Below the pieces are notes generated by a model. The model did not search any database and was not told where the DNA came from. It saw nothing but the letters and a program-made list of their open reading frames with translations. A stretch of DNA of 63,809 bases, counting the filler, from Octopus bimaculoides (taxonomy: Eukaryota), in assembly GCF_001194135.2 (NCBI RefSeq). It is 6 parts of 5 records of this genome, joined end to end, with 100 filler letters (N's around TTAATTAATTAA, not from the genome) between each part and the next. Parts side by side here need not be neighbours in the genome. Positions count along the whole stretch, not along the records: positions 22,044 to 39,769 come from NC_069000.1; positions 39,870 to 60,254 come from NC_069000.1; 4 more parts are not named here. One strand, 5' to 3'. Position numbers and translations under genes: made by a program. This document shows positions 38,035 to 49,865 of this stretch, piece by piece. Each line of letters starts with the position of its first letter. Positions within the stretch are counted from its first letter, which is position 1.

Positions 38035-38360
38035 TTCATCTTTTCGGGGGTCGATAAATTAAGTACCAGTTAAGTACTGAGGTCGATCTAATCGACTAGA
38101 CCACCCCCCACAAAATTTCGAGCCTTGTGCCTAGAGTAGAAAAGAATATTCTATGTATGACTTGGGTCTATTTTGAGCCCGAGGACTCATAGGACCGGGG
38201 ATTAATCAAGTTTCCTGAGATTATAACTCTCTCCCCAGACCGTTGCGGTGGATTGGAGCAACATGAACTGATGGGTTTTGCTCAAGAACACAACGCACGA
38301 CTCGGTTCGGGAAGCGAAATCATGTTCGTGAGTGCGACACTGTAACCACGTCTTCACATT
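38035..38360. mobile_element. SINE B 3' half (plus, 38035-38145) and a degenerate D-core SINE (minus, 38150-38360)
   Basis: CTTTCATCTTTTCGGGGGTCGATAAATTAAGTACCAG; TTGCTCAAGAACACAACGC. Confidence 0.7.
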
Positions 38361-39769
38361 TATATATGATTTGATATAGAACTTTTGATCGTAGATCTAC
38401 GGCCTGCTAATGATACTCTGATCCAAGTACAATGGATTAGATTATCAGCGATTTGATCGTAAATGTACAGTCAAAAACTTTGATATTATCAGAAAATAAG
38501 ATACAAAATTACGAATATGCGTGTTATAAATTGCTATCATGAATCTATCTTGCTATTATTGTTTCATCATTCTCTATTCTACAACATACATGATTTTTAA
38601 ATTCATAATCTGATATCACTCCGGCTCTCAGGTATTTATTTTGCTTATTGTATTACAGTTCTGAAATGCTTTTGTCTATCTCTGAAAAATCTATTGTAGT
38701 ACGTATAATACTTGTTTTTAATGTCGAAATGTTTGCATATGCATCTTTTTAAAAAGAAAAAACAACAAAACATTATTCGTTCAATCTGTTGTTCCTTTCG
38801 TTTTCAGAAAAATACCTTTTCTCTTTCTTTTCTTTTGTTCTTCCATTTGGTCTATACGTGAAATTACACGATGAAACTACGATTGATATTGTTTTCGTGT
38901 TTTATTCTTTCTTTCGATATAGCAACTCAATTATCTTTAATTGTGTTTTCTGAGTATTTTAGATGTTCATTTTATAAGGCTAGAATCACTCGTTAATTGG
39001 ATATCGTAATCTGTCTGCATATGCTATTATTAAATTATATTGTCCTTCGTTTTATCTGATTTAAAATATCTGATGAAAATTAATTTTATATTCATCATTC
39101 TCTTCTAATAAACCGATTCATTTCAAAATGACTTCTGACCGATGATCTTGAACAAACAATCGTTATATCCACACAACACACCGTGGAGCATATTTACCGA
39201 CTGTTTCTAGATTAGAATATTTTTCCAGACTTAGAGCGGCGAGCTGAGTATGCCTCTAAAATTCCAGTGTGAATGGCAGTTGAAGATGTGATTTTGTGAC
39301 TGTCTCATCCAAAGAGGCTAGAAGTGGTTTCCCCTTGAGTCAATAGGCATAGGTTAAAGTAAAAAGAAGAGGCAAACAATTTTGCAAGACTTAACAAGGA
39401 TATTTAAAATTAAATTACATGTTCTTGTCAAGTCTTGCCGAATCTCTCATTTTTTTACTTTAATCCCCATTCACATATACATATATATCATTTCAAATAT
39501 ACTCAACGTGTACCGAGCAATTCCCAACGTTGATCCAAAGAACAAATGCAATTTACCGCGGACGACGTCTGGTAGCCGTAAGTGGTGAGCGTGGTCTACC
39601 GACACACTACTAGGGACGGACATACTCAAAATAAAGCTTGATTGCTGAATTTTAAAATTTCATATCTAAACTTTAATTTTAATTATAACTTTATATACAT
39701 ATATACATGTATGTAAATATATATATATATATATATAATATAATAATAATATATATATATATATATATA

Positions 39770-39869
39770 NNNNNNNNNNNNNNNNNNNNNNNNNNNNNNN
39801 NNNNNNNNNNNNNTTAATTAATTAANNNNNNNNNNNNNNNNNNNNNNNNNNNNNNNNNNNNNNNNNNNN
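39770..39869. other. Artificial scaffold-concatenation spacer 3
   Basis: 44 N + TTAATTAATTAA (39814-39825) + 44 N. Confidence 0.95.
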
Positions 39870-40101
39870 TGACAGTTAAATATAGCCTTATACAGAAATG
39901 TTGACATAGGAATAAATTTCAATAATAATGGATATTAGCGTCAAAACTCTCTTTTAAATTTAAAATTTTGTATATATATAACCAAGGAGAACGATCCTTA
40001 AGGAGTCTACTTTAGACTTTTTGCGGAGAAATCTCTTGCTATATTGGTAGCGATTACATGTTTTTCTCATCATCAACACATTGTGGAGATATCATCATAT
40101 G

Positions 40102-40146
<45 letters not shown>

Positions 40147-40417
40147 TACAGTTATGTTGAAACAGGTGATACAAAAAAGTAGATCATTGACGACAAAACA
40201 TTTGTGGAGTAAATGATGGTCTAATTCAACTAAGTGTCATGTAATATGTCTGTTTGGAGGATTCCATGCCCTAACATATCATGGAAAATTGGGAGTGTGT
40301 GTGTGTGTGGGGGGGGGGGTGTATAATTTTTGAACCCACTGAAAAGCTGTCAGTGGATATACTCATCTTTGAGGTGGTCAGCGCTGCATTTAACATGACT
40401 CATTGTATGGTTGACAG

Positions 40418-40677
40418 TCAAACGAATGGAGGTGTAATGGGAGACAGCAACGGGGAAGTGAACTGTTGAAATGTTGCAGAAGGTGATGTTTCTGTAGAAT
40501 AAGAAACATAAAGTGAGCATATGCAGTCACATGAGAATATGTAGTAATGAATTACTTGAAAAAAATAAGGCAAAATGGCTTACCGTGTGGTATGCATATA
40601 GTATGTCTGTATTTTTGTATACAGTGTAAATTAACAAAATATAAGCAAATGAACGAAATAGAAGCACATGTATGGAA
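40418..40677 (-). CDS. Candidate last two coding exons of an unknown gene (40584-40677, 40418-40491)
   Basis: ttagcag|94-bp exon|gtaagc, a 92-bp intron, then tttcttattctacag|terminal exon. In-phase reading FHTCASISFICLYFVNLHCIQKYRHTICIPHETSPSATFQQFTSPLLSPITPPFV*. Confidence 0.3.
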
Positions 40678-40726
40678 CTGCTAATTTAACAGTAAATGCC
40701 ACAATAATTATTACAGAGAGACAAAG

Positions 40727-40757
<31 letters not shown>

Positions 40758-40949
40758 GGATAAATTTCTTAATGTAAGGGTAAATATGTAATTGTAAATA
40801 CATTGCAACTTTGCAACTGCTGTGATAATTATTAACTGGTAATGGGACAGTAAATGTGTATCTTGATATATATACTTTGGACCTTGCCGCCTTATTGTTT
40901 TGTTTTCAAGAGTTTTAACTCTAGAACTCACATACATACATTCAGGCAT

Positions 40950-42111
40950 GTCAGTCACCACATATGTATATATATGTGTAGATGTGGGTGTTTAATAATG
41001 TATGTAACGTGGAAACACATATACTCACAGACACACAGACACTCATACACTCACTGACAGATATACACTCATATACAAAATGTGATGTTGTTGTCATCAT
41101 CGTTGTGGTATAAAATGCTCCTGACATACATTCACACTTGTCAGTAATTACATATGTATATGCATATGTAGATGTGCATATGTGTTTAATAATGTACTTA
41201 ATGCAGAAAGACACACATACTATGAGACATATACACACTCATACACTTACACACATACACTCAGACAGATACACAGTCATATACAAAATGTGATGATCAT
41301 GTCGTTGTGGTATAAAATGTCCTGTTGACAATAGAAAGATTATCTCTATGAAATGTTATATTATTTTAATTGAAATGAAAATAAAATTTCGTATTGACAC
41401 TGACCAGTCCTCACATACATATAGTGTGGTTAATAACATACCTAACGTGGGAAGACACACACACTGTGAGACATATACACACTCATACACATACATTCAC
41501 AGACAAATAAATACACAGTCATCTACAAAATGTAACGTCGTCAGTTGTCACATATGTATATGTATGTGTAGATGTGTGCGTGTGTTTAATAACATACCAT
41601 TACATATGTATATGTATTTGTAGATGTGTGTGTTTAATAACATAGCTAATGCAGAAAGAAACACATATTATAAGACATATACACACTCATACACTCACAG
41701 ACAGATACACAGTCATATACAAAATGTGATGTCGTTGTTGTGGTATAGAATGTCCTATTGACATTAGAAAGATTGCAGCTTGGAAGAAGTTTGTAAGCTA
41801 CTCAAGAACACACAAAAACCGTTAGTTTCACTTCAATATTTAAATTCCATTTGTGTCAAAATATTTTTGTTGCTTTGAAACTGCGACCTGTTCACTGACA
41901 AAACTACATGGTGCAACTGAGAAAGTAACAGATAGTTCATGATATGTGTTTACATATGTATGTGTGTATGTATGTATGTGAGCATTTATGTATGTAAGTG
42001 TGTAGATGTGTCTCTGTGTGTGTATATGTGTATGTACATGTAAATGCATGTTTCTGTACTAGTATGTTTAGCTGTTGAAGTTATATATATAACTGTTACT
42101 CCATTAAAAGT

Positions 42112-42193
<82 letters not shown>

Positions 42194-42560
42194 GAGCACA
42201 CAATCTCAGATTAAGTCACTTGCTATGCAAGTACATCTCCGTAAATAGAAAGATTGTCTCTATGAAATGTTATATTGTTTTAATTGAAATGAAATGAAAT
42301 TTCATATTGACACTGACCAGCCCTCACATACATATAGTGTGTTTAATAATGTACCCAACACGGAAAGACATACACACTGTGAGACATATACACACTCATA
42401 CACGTGGTGGTGGTGGTTAGAATTAAAAGTAAAAGTATTAAAGTGAAACACAGTATGTTTAATAACGTACCTAATGTGGAAAGACACACACACCGTGAGA
42501 CATATACACACTCATACACAGTTGTTGTGGTTACAATTAAAAGTAAAAATATAAAAGTGA
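40950..42560. repeat. Degenerate ~190-240-bp tandem repeat (minisatellite), interrupted at 41776-42245
   Basis: Recurring GTTTAATAA...GAAAGACACAC...GAGACATATACACACTCATACA units near 40991, 41183, 41429, 41632, 42341 and 42457. Confidence 0.8.
41776..42245. mobile_element. TSD-flanked retro-insertion with an inverted 5' part, related to the 44409-45180 repeat
   Basis: 11-bp TSD TAGAAAGATTG (41765-41775 / 42246-42256). 41776-41930 is the reverse complement of, and 42195-42245 is forward to, the 44409-45180 unit. Confidence 0.7.
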
Positions 42561-42815
42561 AACAATATATCACATTACAATATAGATGTTATTCTTTCAC
42601 TTTTATTACAATATAGATGTTAATGTTTCACTTTTATTCTTCGAGTTTTGACACAATACAGAACCAGAGCCAATGCTGCATTGTTTTAATCCCCAAAAAT
42701 TACATGTCGACACTCACAAGGTCTCAGTATTACAATGTAAAATTTGATTTGATTTGGTTGAGCTGTTTGAGAATGCATTGGGAACAGACAGAGAGACAAA
42801 GGATTTTATATATAT

Positions 42816-43141
42816 ACTAGCAATATAACCCGGCTTTTTTCCTCGATGGAAATAAAACAACAAAAGTCTTAACAAAAACTTACTCGTCACTAGAAGGGGA
42901 CTTAACTCCTGTTTGAAACAATGGTGATTTCTCTGACTTGAAAATTGTTAAAAGTTTTGGCTGAAAATTTATTTTTACTGCTATTCACTGGTGCCTCTGG
43001 GAAAATAAGTTGATGAAAATACAGCTAGGGTCATGACGAATGTCCTCCTAAAATTGGAGTGACATGCGTGCTAATTTGTGGACGTGCATAAATTACATTC
43101 CTGTACACACACATCTTATCCTGCCTTTTATATATACAGAT
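42816..43141 (+). mobile_element. Non-autonomous Helitron-like element
   Basis: Starts ACTAGCAATATAACCCGGC and ends CTTTTATATATACAGAT, as in Lep1-type non-autonomous Helitrons (from recall). Confidence 0.5.
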
Positions 43142-43240
43142 GTATAAATTAATTCTAGATATTCATTTATTCACATAATGCCTATTTAATTATATTTGTT
43201 TAGAATTACTTGACATATATCTATTCCTATAATATCTAAT

Positions 43241-44330
43241 TTATTTATTTGAATTTATTAAATGTATATTTAATCCTGTGTGGGCAACAAAAACCTCTTT
43301 TTTATTAATTAGTTTGTGCTTGGATGTAATGATCTGGAAAATTTCCTCAACACATTTGCTTCCAATGCTGTAAGATTTTGCCCACTTCAGTATATATTCC
43401 TTATCTTTGTCCTTAATTTTCCAAATAAATCTACTTAAACTAGTGCTAGCTTCTTTTCTCTTATCTCTGAAAGTGTTTTCGTGGTTGGCTATCCTTTTTA
43501 TATAATTTTCCATGGAGCCTATGTAGTAGTAATCTTGCCCCTCTGACGTTACTTTACACCTATATATCATACTTTTTCTCTACCAAAATTTCTGAATGGA
43601 TTTCTATTTCTATTTTTATTGGCACAATCACAGGTTTTATTTTCAGGATCCTTCACTGTTTCCTTATTATTAATGCTGTGCCAATTTTTCCTATTTTCAG
43701 GGTTATTTTGTTTATGCTTATTTATCGTGCTATGAGTCTTAGCTAACGACTTATCTTCTTTCCTTTTCTTACCCATTTTAATATTGCTACTTATTTTATG
43801 TTAGTTGTTGCTACTATAAGTATCAGCATATGCTTTTAAATTATTTGCATTACTGTTTTTATTATCATTTTTGTTGTTGATGTTGTTGTTGTTATTATTA
43901 TCATTATTATTACCTTTATTTATTCTCCTTTTTGTTAGCTGCAAGTTTACATTTTTCGATCTTAGTGGGGAGACATTAAGAATTACTTTTCTTCCTTCCT
44001 TTGTTGTGTATTTTTTTACAATTGTTTTGATCATCATCATTTTGGCCGTCATGTAAACCATTTGTATTGTTCTTACTCCTATTACTATAGAAATCATTTA
44101 ATTTTTTTTTTGTATTTAGTGCAGATATAATTTGTGCAATGTTTTTTGAAATGCAGAAACCTGACCTTAATTTATGTGAGTTTATTATTTTGTGATATTT
44201 GTTTTCTTTTGAACTGAAAAGTATTTGGATACTGCTTTGCTAAATAATTTCACTATATTGGTTCTAATTTGTTTTGAAAATTATATTATGAACCGTGCTA
44301 TATTATTTTAATAGTAATTCCTTTTAGAGT
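43241..44330 (-). mobile_element. Penelope-like element C-terminal remnant (thumb region plus GIY-YIG endonuclease)
   Basis: IYRCKVTSEGQDYYYIGSMENYIKRIANH...STSLSRFIWKIK; upstream ENKYHKIINSHKL matches HKYHSIFNRFTL of the PLE at 49866. Confidence 0.85.
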
Positions 44331-44408
44331 AATTTTTCTGGAGGTTAATTACTTCTATACATGGTGTGTAATGTTTTACAAAATTATTATGCATATTACC
44401 GTTTAGGT

Positions 44409-45180
44409 TCTCAATTACTACCTTTTTCCTATTTCTAATCCTATTTAAGTTTTTATTTAAGTAATCACAGTTTTCATTATTATAGTGTTTTGTTTATGGT
44501 CTTTCTATGCAGCATAGAATTTTGTCAGTGAACAGGTTGAGGTCTCAAAGCGATGAAAATATTTTGGCAAATTAAATTTAAATGTTAAAGTGAATCTAAC
44601 GGTTTTTGTGTGTTTCTTAAATGGCTTATAAACACCTTCCACGCTGCAATTGTTTTCGTTCCAGCACATGATCTCAGATCAGGTCACTTGCTATGCAAGT
44701 ACATCTTTGTAACTTCTTTCTATTCTATTATCTTTAAGTTCCATTAGGTCCTCAGTGTTTCTATCCTTGTTATTTGTTTTTGATTTATTTATGTCTCAAT
44801 TGCTACCTTTTTGCTATTTCGAATCTTATTTAAGTTTTTATTTAAGCAGTCACAGTTTTCATTATTATAGTGTTTTGTTTATGGCCTTCTTTCTATGCAG
44901 CACGGAATTTTGTCAGTGAACAGGTTGCGGTTTCAAAGCAATGAAAATATTTTGGCAAATTAAATTTAAATGTTGAAGTGAATCTAATGGTTTTTACATG
45001 TTTCTTAAATAGCTTACAAACACCTTCCACGCTGCAATTGTTTTCATTCCAGCACACGATCTCAGATCAGGTCACTTGCTATGCAAGTACATCTCCATAA
45101 CTTCTTTCTATTCTATTATCTTTAAATTTTATTAGGTCCTCAGTGTTTCTGTCCTTGTTATTTGTTTTTGGTTTATTTAT
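44409..45180. repeat. Two tandem ~385-bp units (candidate Penelope pseudo-LTRs)
   Basis: 44409-44792 and 44793-45180 are highly similar and adjoin the PLE remnant. Confidence 0.75.
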
Positions 45181-45384
45181 GTCTTCTATTTGTTTGTTGG
45201 TATTATTCTTTTATTATTCTTATCTATTTTATATTAGATTCCATCTATAATCATCTTTTCCTTATGTTCATTTTCCTCTATTTTAATTATATTATTGTAT
45301 TGTATATAGTTTTGTATATAGTTCTTATTATAAGAATTTACATTTGGTTCATAGTATTTTAATTTTCGTTTGTATCTTACTTCA

Positions 45385-48300
45385 TGCTGGCATGGTTGAA
45401 CGGTTTGATTGAGGACTGGCAAGCTGGAAGGCTGCACTAGGCTCCAATCTAATTTGGCAAGGTTTCTGCTGCTAGATGCCCTTCCTAATGTCAACCACCC
45501 CGAGAGTGTAGTGGGTATGTTTTACGTTCCACCGGCATTGGAGCCATCTGGCAGGACTGGCATCAGCCATACTTGAATGGTGCTTTTTATGTGCCACCAG
45601 CGCAGGTGCCAGTTAGGCAGCACTGGTATCAGCTATACTTGGATGGTGCTTTTTGCATGCCACCGGCACAAGTGCCAGTCAGGCAGTACTGGGAGTGGCC
45701 ATGACTACAATTTCACTCAGTTCAACAGGTCTTCACAAGCATGGCATATTGCCCGACAATTGAAAGGTACTTTTAAACAGGTCAGTTATGCGACACTGGC
45801 ATCGGCCATGACTATGATCACACTTGGCTTGCCTGGTCTTCTCAAGCACAGCATATTTCCAGAGGTCTCAGTCGTTTGTCATTGAAGGTTGTGCTTCACT
45901 ACCTCATCCGAGGTCTTCCTGGGTCTACCTCTTCCATAGGTTCCCTCCAATGTAAGGTTGTGACACTTCTTCACACAGCTCTCCTCATATATACATAACA
46001 CATGACCATATCAGTGCAGTTGTATCTCTTGTACACCACATTTGATGCTTCTTATGTCCAACTTNNNNNNNNNNATGACCATATCAGTGCAGTTGTATCT
46101 CTTGTACACCACATTTGATGCTTCTTATGTCCAACTTTTCTCTCAGCATGCTTCCATGCTATCGTGTATGCACACTGACACTACACATCCAGCGGAGCAC
46201 ACTAGCTTCATTTCTATCAAGCCTACACACGTCCTCAGCAGTCACAGCCCATGTCTCACTGCCCTGAAGCATGGCTGTTTGCACACAGGCATCATACAGT
46301 CTACCTTTCACTCTGAGTAAGGAGGAGCTCTCTGAACTTTGCTCAATGATTCTTATTTGAGCAGCTACACTCTCAGAGCACCCACCTCTGCTACTAACTT
46401 GGTCACCTAGGTAACAGAAGTTATCAACTACTAGTTTTTCCCTCAGGCATGTGATAGAATCTGTTTTCTCTCTATCTTCGGTGTTTATTGCACCTGTGCA
46501 TCTGCTACACACAAAAACTATCTTCCCAGTTAACCTTCCTTTTATATTGCTGCATCTCTTATGTGTCCATAGCTTACACTGGGTACAACTTATGGAGTTT
46601 CTACCTACGCCTTTTCTACAGATCAAGCAGGGCCATCTACCTGACAGGATTTGTGATTTGTCTGCCTTCCTACTTACTAAGACTTTGGTTTTTGCTAGGT
46701 TAACTCTAAGGCCCTTCGATTCCAGACCTTGCTTCCACACCTGAAACTTCTTCTCTAGTTCTGGTAGTGACTCAGCTATTAAAGCAAGGTCATCAGCATA
46801 GAGGAGCTCCCAGAGGCAGTATGTCTTGAATTCTTCTGTTATTGCCTGAAGGACTGTGATGAACAAGAGGGAGCTGAGGACTGATCCTTGGTGAACCCCT
46901 ACTTCTACCCGGAATACTTCGCTATACTCATTGCCAACCCTCACCATACTGACAGCATCCCTCTACATGGCTTCTACAGCTTTCACCAACCACTCGTCTA
47001 TCCCTAGTTTCCACACTGATCACCAAATAAAGGATCGGGGGACCCTGTCAAAGGCTTTCTCCATGTCAACAAAAGCCAAGTACAGAGGTTTATGTTTGGC
47101 TAGGAATTTCTTCTGCAGCTGTCTTACCAGAAATATAGCATCAGTGGTGCTTCTCCCTGGCACAAACCCAAACTGCATCTCATTTAAACTAACTCTCTCC
47201 CTAATTAGTTGGGCTATGATCCACTCCATGACTTTCATCACCTGATCCAACAATTTGATACCTCTGTAATTATTTCTATCTAATCCATCACCTTTACCTT
47301 TGCAGCAGTTAACTATGGTGCTGCTGCACCAGTCATTGGGTATAGCAACTTCATGTATCACCTGGTTAACTATATGGGTGACTAGACTATAGCCTACACT
47401 ACTAGATATTTTAAGCATCTCAGCAATGATTCCTGATGGGCTGGGGGAGTTCCCTGTCTCCGTACCCTTAATTGCTTTATCTACCAAGGTACTGTCAATT
47501 CGAATAGTTGGTCCCTCTGTTGGGTCGACATTTGGTAGACACCCTTTTTCCCATTCATTCTCTTCATTTAGCAACCTTTCATAGTGGTATCTCCAAGTCT
47601 CTCTTTGCAGCATCATTAAATGCAAGTGAGTTATCATCCATGCAGACACATATCTCTTCTATGAGATGCGATTTTCTCTTACACACTGTCTTGCAATTCA
47701 AAACACTTCAAGTCTCTGGTCCTCACAATGCAGAACATTGACAAATTTTTTCTTACCTGCATCCCCTCTGGCTAAGTAAACCTGTCTCCTAGCTTCCCTT
47801 CTGGTGATCTGAGACAGTTCCCTGCTACCACCACACTTCCAGTCCTTCCATACCTGTTTCTTTTCCCTAGTGGTTCTGTCACCTATATTGTTCCATCACC
47901 ATTAGGCCTAGAGAAGACTTTACACTAGCTACAGATCTAGTCAGTAGCCTTCAACAGGCTGCCCTGTAAGAACCTCTAGTTGTCCTCTAAATTATGTGAT
48001 ACTATATCCTCCTCTATTTCGTCAAAAGCTTCAAGTAATACCTCTGTCCATTCAAAGGATCCTTAAGCTTCCAGACCCATTTTTTTCCATGCTGATTGTC
48101 TTCTGGGCAGCCATTTAGCCCTGATCCTGAAGTCACTAACTACTAACCTATGTTGTAGGGTGCATTCTTTACCTGGGAAAGTTTTAGCATTTATAAGTAG
48201 CCATCTTCCTCGTTTCCTGGCAAGAATGTAGTCAATCTGACTAGTGTGCCCACCAGACTGGTAGGTGAACAGATGACTGGCAGGTTTCTTGAAGTTAATA

Positions 48301-48682
48301 TTACAGATCATAAGATCATTTGCATCACAGAATTCCATCAGTCTTGTTCTCTCCTCATTGTGGGAGCCAAATCCGTTGCCACCATGAACACCATGGAAGC
48401 TCCTTGGATGTTGTTGAACATGCCCATTGAAGTTGCCATTCACAAAGAGAAGGTCCCTGTCATTCATCGATGCAGTAGTCTGCAAGTGGGTGTCATAAAA
48501 TCGGTCTGTCTGTTCATCATGTAGCCCTAGCTAAGTGGTATATACTGAGATAATGGTTGCTAATCCATGTTGCAGCACTAGTCTAAGCTTAAGTACTCTA
48601 TCACAGACTCTGACTATCTCGATTACCTTATCAACCCATTTCTTCACAAGGAGTATACCCACGTCCCCAACTCCATCCCCCA
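45385..48682 (-). mobile_element. RTE-clade LINE (APE + RT, frameshifted), 5'-truncated, with a 3' UTR containing ~55-bp tandem repeats
   Basis: APE: VNGNFNGHV, SQIDYIL, QHRLVVSDF. RT: QFGFVPGRSTTDAIF, AFVDMEKAFDRVPR, GVHQGSVLS, LYADDLAL, YLG. Confidence 0.97.
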
Positions 48683-48736
48683 TGTATATATATATATATG
48701 TATATATAAGTATGTATATATAAGTATGTATATATA

Positions 48737-48805
48737 TATATTTGCTCGACTAAAATCGGTGCTCCAGCATGGCCGCAGTCAAATGACTGAAACAAGTAAA
48801 AGAGT

Positions 48806-48854
<49 letters not shown>

Positions 48855-48855
48855 T

Positions 48856-48886
<31 letters not shown>

Positions 48887-49148
48887 AGTACACACATACA
48901 CATACATATATACGTATATATATGTATATTTTGTATGTGTGTGTGTGTGTGTGTTTGTCCCTTATCACCACTTGACAACTGGTATGGGTTTGTTTACGTT
49001 CCTGTAATCTAGTTGTTTGGTATAAAGAGACTGATAGAATAAATTCCAGACTTAAAAAATACTGGCTGCATTTGTTCGACTAAAGCCTTCCAGGCAGTGC
49101 CTCAGCATGGCCGCAGTCTAATGACTGAAACAAGAAAAAGGTAAAAGA
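48737..49148 (+). mobile_element. SINE family A 3' parts around a (TA)/(TG) tract; a further tail at 49480-49565
   Basis: TGCTCCAGCATGGCCGCAGTCAAATGACTGAAACAAG tail occurs three times. Confidence 0.8.
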
Positions 49149-49865
49149 TGTTCCCTCCCCCATATATATATATATCTTTCAAATAATAATAGTATTTATA
49201 TAAACCTAAAGCTTATAGCGATCACCATGCAATGACAAAGAAAAATGGTCTAATAATGGGGTATATAAGCCCTTGACAGAAAAAAGTATCCACCTGGGAC
49301 TTGAACTCACATCACTTTGTTAATGTGACTGAGTGTGTTACCATTATTCCAGCAAATTATCCACCCTGTTTCTGTCAAATTTAAGAGCTATATTAGTTTG
49401 TAGGTGTTTTTGTAAACAAACTTTCTATATGCTTTCAGTGAAACCATTCACACCAAAAGCACACACACACACATATATATATAAGTTCTGGGGTCGATTT
49501 GTTCAACTAAAAGCAGTGCTCCAGCATGGCTGTAGTCAAATGACTGAAACAATTAAAAGAATAAAAAAATACATATAAAAAATACCAGAAACAGCTGTAA
49601 GACCTATTTATAAATGTTCTAAAATCTTTTACAGCTTTGGATTTTTATCTCATTTTGAATTTTTTTATTTTTATATATACATGCTGATATGTGACCTATG
49701 TTGGACTCCTTATTCGCATAATCACCAAACCTGGAGCTTAACAATAGTCTGTCCATAGAACTTACTCAGCATTACCTGACAACTTTGGGTCTTATTGACA
49801 CCATTACCTCTCATAGCCTCTATTTCTCGCTATTATAAGCACTTATCTCAAGTAAAGCTTCAGTA

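Noticed and set aside
44640-44700. Hammerhead in the candidate pseudo-LTR (minus strand CTGATCTGAG...CGAAA)
   Set aside because: The core has a 2-nt insertion and I could not form stems II and III convincingly.
46003-46138. Tandem duplication inside the RTE element (similar cases at about 13690-13815 and 60891-61328)
   Set aside because: The duplicated text flanks an N gap; most likely an assembly overlap artefact.
49283-49345. tRNA gene on the minus strand (B-box GAGTTCAAGTCC followed by a T-run)
   Set aside because: No complete cloverleaf or acceptor stem; at most a decayed tRNA or SINE head.
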